From an uncultured Ruficoccus sp. (GTDB lineage: Bacteria > Verrucomicrobiota > Verrucomicrobiia > Opitutales > Cerasicoccaceae), in NCBI GenBank assembly GCA_965140785.1, contig OZ223510.1, forward strand, positions 128,001 to 192,000: a stretch of DNA of 64,000 nucleotides, read 5' to 3'. The notes under the pieces are model-generated. The model worked only from the letters and a program-made list of their open reading frames with translations. It was not told the DNA's origin and did not search any database. The position numbers and the translations under genes are program-made. Shown here in pieces: positions 28,830 through 37,511 of this stretch. Every line of letters begins with the position of its first letter. The first letter of the stretch is position 1.

Positions 28830-30344
28830 ATGTCCCACTCCCATCCAATCGCTGCGTCCGATCGCATCCCTTTTCTGCAAAAAATCAGCTTCGCCGCCGG
28901 TGTGAACATGGACTATGCGGCGACCGGGCTGATGTACATGCTGTGGATGCCGGTCTTCAATATCGGCTTTGGAATCAGCCCGGTCGTGCTGGGGGGCATC
29001 CTCATGATCTTTCGGGGCTGGGATGCCCTGACCGATCCGGTCATGGGGACGATTTCGGACAACACCCACACGCGATGGGGACGCCGCAGGCCCTTTATGT
29101 TCGTGGGGGCGATCCTCACGGCGTCGATCTACCCATTTTTCTGGTACATGCCGATGGAGTGGGGCGATCACGCCAAGCAGATTTACCTGACCTGCGTGGG
29201 GCTTGTCTTCTTCACAATGTTCACGACCTGGTCGATGCCCTACTACGGGATGCAGATGGAGCTGACTCCGAATTACGACGAGCGGTCCCGTCTCACCGTC
29301 TGGATGGCCTTTTTTGGCAAGCTGTTCTTTCTTGGAATAAGTTGGTTTATGCCGTTCGTCCTGGTGCTGGGGGCGTTGGCGCTCGGGGAGTCGGGTGAGA
29401 TCACGGACGAAGGGGCGTTTCTGGCCAAGGTGCTTCAGCCGCTTCAGTCGTGGTTGTCCACGCTGCCCGGTGTGAATGCCGGGGAAAAGCCGATCGTGGT
29501 CGGTATGCGGATCGCCTGCTGGCTCGTGGTCGTGGCGATACTTGTCTTTGGCCTGCTGCCCGCACTGCTGGTCAAGGAACGCTATTACAAGAAAGCCACC
29601 GCGAAGCAGCCGAAGGAACGGTTCTGGAAGAGCATCGGGGAATCCCTGCGCTGCAAACCCCTTTGGGTGCTCATCGGCGTCTCCTTTTTTCTCTCCCTCG
29701 GCACGCATGCGGTGAAAAGCCTCGGCCTGTATGTGAATATCTATTACGTCAATTACGGCGACCTGACCAAGGCCACTGTCATTAACGGATGGCGCGAGAC
29801 GGTCAGCATTTTTGTGGGCCTTGCGACTCTCCCGATCCTTATCAAAACCGCCGAAATCTTCGACAAGCGTCTGCTCACGATTACGGTGCTGGGGATTGCC
29901 ACCGCCGGCCACGCGCTCAACTATGTCTGCATGACGCCGGATCATCCGTACTTGGTGATTTTGCCGGGAGTGTTCGAATCCTGCGCGCTGAGTGCGTTCT
30001 GGATGTTTCTCCCGTCGATGAAGGCGGACGTCGCCGATTACGACGAACTCTACACCGAGCGTCGCCGTGAGGGCTCGATCAATGCGTTCTACTCCTGGTT
30101 CGTGAAGGTCGCCGGCACCCTCGCGCTTGGCCTGGGTGGCCTGGTGCTCCAGTTCAGCGGCTTTGATGTTGAGGTGGGGCCCCATCAACCTGACGTGGTT
30201 CAGAACCGAATGTTCTTTATATATCTGCTGATTCCCCTGTTCACCTGGGGAGTGGCCATTGCCCTGCTGTGGCATTACCCGCTTGGCCGGGCACGCGCCG
30301 AGGAAATCCGCGCCACCTTGGAAGCCCGGCGCGGGAAGCTCTGA
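28830..30344 (+). CDS. MFS transporter, GPH (sugar:cation symporter) family
   Basis: WDALTDPVMGTISDNTHTRWGRRRPF, ELTPNYDER, ADVADYDELYTERRREG. Confidence 0.93.
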   Translation: MSHSHPIAASDRIPFLQKISFAAGVNMDYAATGLMYMLWMPVFNIGFGISPVVLGGILMIFRGWDALTDPVMGTISDNTHTRWGRRRPFMFVGAILTASIYPFFWYMPMEWGDHAKQIYLTCVGLVFFTMFTTWSMPYYGMQMELTPNYDERSRLTVWMAFFGKLFFLGISWFMPFVLVLGALALGESGEITDEGAFLAKVLQPLQSWLSTLPGVNAGEKPIVVGMRIACWLVVVAILVFGLLPALLVKERYYKKATAKQPKERFWKSIGESLRCKPLWVLIGVSFFLSLGTHAVKSLGLYVNIYYVNYGDLTKATVINGWRETVSIFVGLATLPILIKTAEIFDKRLLTITVLGIATAGHALNYVCMTPDHPYLVILPGVFESCALSAFWMFLPSMKADVADYDELYTERRREGSINAFYSWFVKVAGTLALGLGGLVLQFSGFDVEVGPHQPDVVQNRMFFIYLLIPLFTWGVAIALLWHYPLGRARAEEIRATLEARRGKL

Positions 30345-30349
30345 CCTCA

Positions 30350-30688
30350 TTCCCCCATTTCATAGCGAATCGACCTACTTCACACGGGGTAAAGCCGCCT
30401 TCATGCTGATCGAGCTTCTGGGGGTGATTGCCATCATCGGTGTCCTTGCGGGGATCATCGTCTCCATCACGGGAAAGGCCCGCTGTTCGGCTCAGGATGT
30501 AGCCTGCGCCAGCAACCTGCGTCAGATCGGACTGGCCGTTCAGCTCTATGTGGGCGAACACGGAAGGCGATGACTCCTGGTTTAGCTACCGTCACAACTG
30601 CCACATGAACGTCGCATTTGCGGACGGCCATGTCGGTTCCTTCCAGAAGGGCGAGGTGCTCAGACGTAACGTGCAGGTGAATTATTGA
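30350..30688 (+). pseudogene. Prepilin / H-X9-DG gene with its middle deleted
   Basis: AFMLIELLGVIAIIGVLAGI...CASNLRQIG followed out of frame by YRHNCHMNVAFADGHV. Confidence 0.8.
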
Positions 30689-30748
30689 GCGGCATCGGCC
30701 CTCTTGCCCCGTCCGAGAGCACGTTCCGCCCCCAAGCCCAGGCAAATG

Positions 30749-31864
30749 CTACTGGCCGGAAGGTGGGGCGGATCGCAGAAATGACGGCATCCCCAGTCTC
30801 CAGTCCTTCGCGGAATCATCGTTGTCTGTTGGGCTTGGCCGCGTCGTTTTTCCGGGTTTCCACAGACCGGGAATCGTGATAAGGCGGGGGATGGTGGGTA
30901 GCCCGATCTCGTTGCTCTCAATCTGCTCCACGACCAAGTCCACAGAGATCGCTCCGAGGCGTTCGGGCATCGGATCGACTCCCGACATCTCCGGTGCGCT
31001 CGGGCAGCGGTTCAGTACTGCCACGCTCACGTCCTTGGGGATGCGGATCCCGGCCGCTCGGAGCCATTCCAGGATCGTCCAGTCGAAAGTCAGCACTGCG
31101 TCTGGTTTGACGCGCCGAAACCACTTCATGAAGAACTGCTCGTCCCACTGCCGCGAATCCTCGGGGATACACACCGCCGGGATGTCGGAGAACGTCCCGC
31201 GTGCCCTCAACATGAATTCGTGGTAGGCCGCCGAGCTTTCGAGTCGGGCGCTGCGCGCATGCTGGTGGTTGTGCGCCATGCCAATCCGGCGGCACCCGCT
31301 TTGCCACAGGTGGGTCATCGCCTGGATGACGTTTCCGAAGTAGTCTTCCTTGATCCGGTGGATCAGTGGCCCGAGAATGAAATCACTCTGGGTGGCCACG
31401 GCGAATTTGTCCCAGGCGAGGTCGATGCCTGTCTCGTACTCACGAAACAGCGATAGCACCAGGCCGCGTATGCCCCGGGCCTCCAGAATGCGCCCAAGCC
31501 GTTCGGGAGAACACTCCGGATCGTTGTACCAGAATGTTTGCGCGCGGTAGCCTCTCTCCGCCAAGCGAGTTTTCATGCCCTGGAAGCGTCGCTCGATAAA
31601 GACATACCGCTTGCGCGCGTCGCGCTCCGGGTGGGCAAACACCAGTGCGACCGGGGAAGGGCGGGGCAGGTTTTTCCGTCCCTGACGGATATGCCGCATG
31701 AGGGAAGATACGTGAGCGTTACGGCGATAGCCGAGCGAATTGGCGATCCTGAGAATCTCCTCTTTTTTTGCCGTTGAGACGTTGGGGGCACCGCGTAAAG
31801 CCAGCGAAACCGTCGCAATCGTTGTGCCCGCTTCACGGGCGATATCCTTGAGAGTCGTGGCCAT
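30749..31864 (-). CDS. LacI family transcriptional regulator
   Basis: TLKDIAREAGTTIATVSLAL HTH, LGYRRN hinge, GIRIPKDVSV. Confidence 0.93.
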   Translation of the reverse strand: MATTLKDIAREAGTTIATVSLALRGAPNVSTAKKEEILRIANSLGYRRNAHVSSLMRHIRQGRKNLPRPSPVALVFAHPERDARKRYVFIERRFQGMKTRLAERGYRAQTFWYNDPECSPERLGRILEARGIRGLVLSLFREYETGIDLAWDKFAVATQSDFILGPLIHRIKEDYFGNVIQAMTHLWQSGCRRIGMAHNHQHARSARLESSAAYHEFMLRARGTFSDIPAVCIPEDSRQWDEQFFMKWFRRVKPDAVLTFDWTILEWLRAAGIRIPKDVSVAVLNRCPSAPEMSGVDPMPERLGAISVDLVVEQIESNEIGLPTIPRLITIPGLWKPGKTTRPSPTDNDDSAKDWRLGMPSFLRSAPPSGQ

Positions 31865-31875
31865 GCTCGCACTTA

Positions 31876-31892
31876 AGTTAACGATTCAATTA
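31876..31892. promoter_or_regulatory. Putative LacI-type operator (motif 1, autoregulatory)
   Basis: AGTTAACGATTCAATTA, 11 nt before the regulator start. Confidence 0.55.
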
Positions 31893-32214
31893 ACGAACAT
31901 ATAGACAAGCCGCTGAGGTAATCAATACTTGTTTGAAGTTTGACCAAAGTCCCTTGGGCAAACCGCATTTTCAGGCCCCGGACAAGCATTGTACAGGGTA
32001 CCCTCCTGCCACCTCTTTTTCCACCTTCATGAATACTCGTCTGCCAATCGAAATCCGGTATCCGTACCGCTCGATAACATTTTCTTACACGACTCCGGTT
32101 CGAAAAACGGCAGCATCCCGTCGCCCCTGAACTTCCAGTAGTAACGCTTACCGTCTGGTGTATCTGGCAAACACACTGAACCACTAGGCGATCAACTCGG
32201 CTTCGCATCACCTC

Positions 32215-34059
32215 ATGGTTGCAAATTCTCCTCTGCTTATACGTAGTCTCGACCCCGGATTCGATTTCGATCTGGAATGCGAGCGGTTGCCCGCCGAGCC
32301 TGGCGTGGATCTTGAGCGCCTGACCTTGCGCTTTCCCTCGAAAGTCATACCGGCACGCTTTGAAATCGAGTGGGGGGTGCCCATTGTCGATATCGCTGGC
32401 AAGTGGCACCCGGCTATTGGTTCCGACCGCTCCCTCACCGCTGACTGGGGGCGCTGGCTGGAAAGCTATGCTACGATGAACGCTCCTGTCATCAGCCTGT
32501 TTTCCGCGACGGACCGTAATCGCCTTACCTTTGCTCTTTCCGACGCTATATCCCCGATCAAGCTCCAGGCGATGGTTAACGAAGAAAGTGCCGAGATGCG
32601 CTGCCGTGTCCTGCTGTTCGATGCGCCTACGCCTGCGGTTGAGGAATACAGCCTCATCATACGGCGCGATTGGCGAAACATCGGGTATGCGCGGGCGCTG
32701 AGCGAGGTCTCAGACTGGTGGGCGGCTATGCCCGACTATCGGCCGGTTGCTGTCCCTTCCGCTGGCCTGGCACCGGTCTATTCTACCTGGTACGGTTTTC
32801 ACCAAAAGCTCGCCCCGGAAACCATCGAGGACGAATGTCGCTGGGCGCGTGACCTCGGCTGCGAGACTGTGATCGTAGATGACGGCTGGCAATGCGACGA
32901 CAGTAACAAGGGTTACGACTACTGTGGTGACTGGGAGGTGGCAGCGTCTAAATTTCCCGATTTCCCCGAGCACGTGCGACGTATCCAAGGGCTGGGGATG
33001 AAATACCTTTTGTGGTTTTCCGTGCCATATGCCGGAGTGAAAAGCCAGGCCTGGAGACGCTTTCAAAACCGTTTGCTGGCGAAGCCCCGGACATGGGCAG
33101 ACTGCCTCGATCCCCGTTTCAAAGAGGTCCGCGACTATCTGGTAGAGTGCTATCGGCGAGCGGTTGAGGACTGGGGGGTAGATGGACTGAAACTCGATTT
33201 TGTGGACCGGTTTACCGCCGAGATTATGAGCGACGATTGTGCCGGGCAAGCCGACCTAGTGTCCGTCCCTGCTGCGGCTGACCGACTCTTGGGCGACGTC
33301 AACCGTGTCCTCTCCTCAATCAACCCCGACGTCATCATTGAGTTTCGTCAAAAATATATCGGTCCCGCCATGCGCAAGTATGGCCACCTTTTTCGTGCCA
33401 ACGATTGTCCGGCGGATGCTCTGAGCAATCGCGTCCGCACCATCGATATGCGTCTTCTGGCTGGCGATACTGCTGTCCACTCCGATATGATCATGTGGCA
33501 TTCCTGCGAGACGCCTGAGCAGGTCGCGATTCAGCTCTGGTCTACGCTTTTTTCGGTGCCGCAAATCTCGGTGCGGCGTGACGCTATCACTCGTGACCAT
33601 GAACGTGTGCTCCGGTCCTATCTGGATTTCTGGCGCTCTCATCGTGACCTGCTGCTGTCAGGTCGATTCCGTCCCGGTTCTCCCGCGGCGTTGTATCCAG
33701 TTGTAAATACAGATGATGGCAAGGAGACTCTGCTCATCGCCGTTTACGTTGGGAGTATTGTTTCAATCGATTCCTCATTCTATCGCCGGATTATCCTCGT
33801 CAACGCAACTGACCGTCCCTCGCTTGCGGTAGAGTTCGCATGCGTATCCATTCTGGAGGCTGCCCATGGACGTGATTGCATGGGAGAGCCTGTCAGTATG
33901 GATATTGCGAAGGGCCCCGCTGGATTATATCTTATTTCCGTGCCTGTTGGAGGTGTTTGCGAATTGTTGTTTCAACACGAGGACGTAGCCCCGGTCTATT
34001 CGCCAAATGAAAATGCTGCAGAAGGCTGCGAACAACCGACGATACGGGCTAATCGCTAA
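32215..34059 (+). CDS. GH36-like alpha-galactosidase
   Basis: PVYSTWY, VIVDDGWQ, GDWEVAASKFPD and DGLKLDF motifs. Confidence 0.88.
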   Translation: MVANSPLLIRSLDPGFDFDLECERLPAEPGVDLERLTLRFPSKVIPARFEIEWGVPIVDIAGKWHPAIGSDRSLTADWGRWLESYATMNAPVISLFSATDRNRLTFALSDAISPIKLQAMVNEESAEMRCRVLLFDAPTPAVEEYSLIIRRDWRNIGYARALSEVSDWWAAMPDYRPVAVPSAGLAPVYSTWYGFHQKLAPETIEDECRWARDLGCETVIVDDGWQCDDSNKGYDYCGDWEVAASKFPDFPEHVRRIQGLGMKYLLWFSVPYAGVKSQAWRRFQNRLLAKPRTWADCLDPRFKEVRDYLVECYRRAVEDWGVDGLKLDFVDRFTAEIMSDDCAGQADLVSVPAAADRLLGDVNRVLSSINPDVIIEFRQKYIGPAMRKYGHLFRANDCPADALSNRVRTIDMRLLAGDTAVHSDMIMWHSCETPEQVAIQLWSTLFSVPQISVRRDAITRDHERVLRSYLDFWRSHRDLLLSGRFRPGSPAALYPVVNTDDGKETLLIAVYVGSIVSIDSSFYRRIILVNATDRPSLAVEFACVSILEAAHGRDCMGEPVSMDIAKGPAGLYLISVPVGGVCELLFQHEDVAPVYSPNENAAEGCEQPTIRANR

Positions 34060-34216
34060 AATGCGACTACCCTTACTCTGGTCTGCGTAGAACAAGTGCT
34101 CTAAATGGCTTACGACCGAACTTTTCAAGTAGGTAAAAAATGGATATGCGTTGGTTGCAGGAGATTCCTCTTCCGAATAAGCAACTGAGTGCGGTTTAAG
34201 CGAAGACTTCTACACT

Positions 34217-35260
34217 TCAGGTCGTTTTTCCTGCATGCCAGATACCCTCAATGAGGGATACCATCCGTGCTCGCGGAACGCCTCGAGAATTTTGGCAGAT
34301 GCGACGAACCAGAATATCAATGACGCCCTCTCCGATGCTGCTGATTGGCTCCTGAACGCCGCTGAAGTCATGCTTTGAGATCTTCTCTGTGATGTTCACG
34401 AGCGCAATGGCAATATCATCCGGGATTTTATAGCCCAGCTTTGCAAGAGTTTCTGCACGCAGAATATGCTCCGTTCCATCCGTTTCGGATGCGGTGATGA
34501 TGCTGTCCGGTTTCCAATCGGAAAGCCATTTTGCCAGCACCTTCGAATTATCCGCTTTGCAATCCAAAATCGGTATAAGTGGGGAAGCCTGCTTAATCGT
34601 TTGCTCCATCAAATAGCCTGCATGCCATTGTCCCAATGAGCGCTCGTTATATTCCTTGGATATGGCCAAGCCGATTCTTCGGTAGCCCTTGCGGTGAAGT
34701 TCCTGATAACTTGTGGTGACCGAATGAAAATGATCCGGGGAAATTTGGTCAATTTTAGGTGCGTGAAGAGTTCTACCGATAGCGACCGCTGAATAGCGGC
34801 TCATTATTAAGTGACTATGGCTGTAGGTATTCTTTTGTGCATCCAGTACAACACCCAGTACGTTACGGGCGACGAGGATCTGCTCCAGCCTTTGGAGCGG
34901 CAACTGCGGATCGTTCAACCAAAAATAATCCACTTTGTATCCGAGTTCCTCGCCTCGAGTCTGGGCGGCATTGAAGACTTCTGTCGCCCAAGGAATTTCT
35001 GCTACTTTACTGGGGGCATGACGACCTAACCACGCGATGACGTTTCCTTTGGATATCGGACGTTTGGCATGAAGGTAGGAGTTCAAACTTGCTAGAGCGG
35101 GATCTGGGCGGTAGCCGATTTTTTTCGCTTCCTCATAAACCCGATTAATAGTTTTTCCCGATAGCAACGGGCTCTTGGCCAAGGCCCTGGACACGGTGGC
35201 CTGACTAAGCTTTAACCTTTCGGCGAGTTCCTTTTGCGTAATCCGGGTCGCGTCATTCAT
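34217..35260 (-). CDS. LacI family transcriptional regulator
   Basis: TQKELAERLKLSQATVSRAL HTH, IGYRPDP, GYRRIGL, KIPDDIA. Confidence 0.92.
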   Translation of the reverse strand: MNDATRITQKELAERLKLSQATVSRALAKSPLLSGKTINRVYEEAKKIGYRPDPALASLNSYLHAKRPISKGNVIAWLGRHAPSKVAEIPWATEVFNAAQTRGEELGYKVDYFWLNDPQLPLQRLEQILVARNVLGVVLDAQKNTYSHSHLIMSRYSAVAIGRTLHAPKIDQISPDHFHSVTTSYQELHRKGYRRIGLAISKEYNERSLGQWHAGYLMEQTIKQASPLIPILDCKADNSKVLAKWLSDWKPDSIITASETDGTEHILRAETLAKLGYKIPDDIAIALVNITEKISKHDFSGVQEPISSIGEGVIDILVRRICQNSRGVPRARMVSLIEGIWHAGKTT

Positions 35261-35427
35261 GAGATAAAGCTGAGGGTATCACTCATCGCTAACAAGCTTC
35301 GTGTCAGCGAATCAAGGCTTAATAGCCAATTCACGCATTCAGAAGCAGATCTCGGCTGTACACTACACACACTGCGTCTTGCTTATCCATGAGTCAAAAG
35401 GCCATATGCGAGCATTCTCATGAACAA

Positions 35428-35438
35428 TGCATTAGCAT
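35428..35438. promoter_or_regulatory. Putative operator (motif 2)
   Basis: TGCATTAGCAT, identical to copies at 37228-37253 and 42618. Confidence 0.55.
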
Positions 35439-35483
35439 TCATTGAAGGAGGGTTGTTCAGGACAAGTATTGGGCATTAGGCTT

Positions 35484-35985
35484 GGCCACTTCGATTAACC
35501 TCTGCGTTTACTACAACAAACAGCGAAAATTGGATATGCGCGTAAAGACCGGCAGTGAGCAGACCCATATCTTCGCTATTTTAAAGCATGCGGACAGTGC
35601 TTCGCATCTTAAGAGCTTGAATCGGCTTGAGGTGATCGACTGGGAGACCTTCACCGTGAAGCACGCCGCCGTGCATGACTTCCAACCCCGGTCGAACTGC
35701 TGTGTGAACGCGCCCGCGAGACCATCCTGTGACCCGACAGCGCCTATGTTGGGCCCGTTCCTGCCGCGCTGCTCAAACGCTTCGCCATGCTGGTCAGCAT
35801 CTGAGAAAAAGGCATCTCTGCCCGCCCGTTGCAGGGTGACCAGAAACGCCGAAACAAGTAAAAAAGCCGCATCCGCTCCCGCGTTGAACACGCCTGCGGG
35901 CGCATCGCCCAGTTCGGCGGCGACCGCTTCCGGCTCATCGGCCAGCGACGATGTCGCTTCTAGATGGCCTTAAGCAATCTCACGC
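35484..35985 (+). mobile_element. IS5-family transposase remnant (internal deletion, several stops)
   Basis: GGCCACTTCGATTAACCTC end, IDWETF, AAVHD, then a shifted frame DSAY...EKG...KSRIRSRVEH...LSNL. Confidence 0.85.
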
Positions 35986-36007
35986 TCATCAAAATCTGAA
36001 CCGCACC

Positions 36008-37042
36008 ATGAATACGCATACTGAAAAACCCTTGATCCTGTTCGACCCATATCCGCGGCCGATGGATTTGATTTTCGACACCGCATCCAAAAAGCGTCTG
36101 GAAGCGCTCGGTCACGTCCTATGGCACGATGGTAAGCCTGCGCCCGCCGAGCATATTGATAAGCACCTTCCAGAAGCGGTGGTTTTGATCGGGCAGTCGG
36201 ACTTACCCAAGGAACGTCTCGACCGTGCCCCCAAGCTTAAGGCCGTGTTTAACGTCGAGAGCAATTTCCTTCCGAACATCGATTATCAGGAATGTCACCG
36301 CCGTGGCATTCACGTGCTCTCCACCGCACCTGTCTTTGCCCGTCCCGTAGCCGAAATGGCTCTCGCAATGGCATTGTCACTAGCTCGGCGCATCCACGAG
36401 GCTGATGCTGCGATTCGTCGTGGAGAGGAGACGCTCTATGGTGAAGGAGATAATTACGATTCCATACTGTTGTCCGGCCGAACTCTCGCGGTCGTTGGCT
36501 GCGGTAACGTAGGCCGTGCGTTACTTCCCCTGCTGAAGCCTTTCGGCGGGGAAATATTGGTGCATGACCCCTGGATTCATCCCAGTACGTTGCGTGAGTT
36601 GGGGGTTCGGCCAGCTAGCCTCGACACCTGCTTTGAACAAGGTGCGGCGGTCTTTCTCTGTGGCGCAGTTACTACTGAAAACGAGGGCGTCATTGGCAAA
36701 CGATACTTCGATAAAATGCGCTCAGGAAGCCTCCTGCTATTGATAAGCCGCGCCGGTATGGTTAACTTCGACGAATTAGTTGCAGCTGCCGTTTCCGGCC
36801 ATATTCGGGTCGGTATTGATGTCTGGCCGGATGAACCTATCCCGGTGAATCATCCGGCACGCATAGCCCCTAATACGCTTTTACAGGCGCATCGTGCCGG
36901 TAACATTCCAGAGATATGGCCAGAGATGGGCTACCGGGTGGTTGACGATCTGGAGCAGATTCTCAGAGGATTGCCCCCGCAACGTTGCCAGCGCGCGCAA
37001 TGGGAAACTGTAGCCAAACTACGCAGCAAGCCGATATCCTAA
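36008..37042 (+). CDS. D-isomer-specific 2-hydroxyacid dehydrogenase family
   Basis: VVGCGNVG, HDPW, ISRAG, DVWPDEP and HRAG motifs. Confidence 0.9.
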   Translation: MNTHTEKPLILFDPYPRPMDLIFDTASKKRLEALGHVLWHDGKPAPAEHIDKHLPEAVVLIGQSDLPKERLDRAPKLKAVFNVESNFLPNIDYQECHRRGIHVLSTAPVFARPVAEMALAMALSLARRIHEADAAIRRGEETLYGEGDNYDSILLSGRTLAVVGCGNVGRALLPLLKPFGGEILVHDPWIHPSTLRELGVRPASLDTCFEQGAAVFLCGAVTTENEGVIGKRYFDKMRSGSLLLLISRAGMVNFDELVAAAVSGHIRVGIDVWPDEPIPVNHPARIAPNTLLQAHRAGNIPEIWPEMGYRVVDDLEQILRGLPPQRCQRAQWETVAKLRSKPIS

Positions 37043-37227
37043 GCGATCGTCACGACTTTTTGGTTACTTAGGCTAATAGAACTATAGACCCGGTTGGCCA
37101 TGCCGGGGGGCGAGAGTGCATTTCCCATGTGATGTAACTATTAAATCAGCGCGTGAGCGAAGCGGGGATTCCGGCGGGGAACTTTGAGGCGGTGCGCCTG
37201 CGGGCGCAGGCGGTAGAGCGCTGGTGT

Positions 37228-37256
37228 ATGCTAATGCAATGATGCATTAGCATGCA
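37228..37256. promoter_or_regulatory. Putative double operator (motif 2)
   Basis: ATGCTAATGCA-ATGA-TGCATTAGCAT perfect inverted repeat upstream of the GH9 gene. Confidence 0.65.
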
Positions 37257-37511
37257 TATAGCAGAACTTGCCGTGCTTTCGAGTCGTCTGCTACAAAATA
37301 CAGACACTGAACTTCCCCTATTCCAATCATTTATTCCATGCATACGTACACTCTCGATTTCCAAGCCATTACACGAAAGCTCCGGTCTGTGATGGTTTGT
37401 GGCACCCTGCTTGTCATCTTGCTTCCACTTGTTGCATTGGGTCAGGCTGCCCCCGCGTGGGAACTGCAGATTAGCTGAGACTCCTCGCGCTGTCTCTTTG
37501 CCTCCACGGAT

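Noticed and set aside
28797..30350. 517-aa minus-strand ORF
   Set aside because: Antisense shadow of the MFS transporter
35951..36007. Longer start for the hydroxyacid dehydrogenase
   Set aside because: The upstream ATG lies within the IS5 remnant; 36008 is the plausible start
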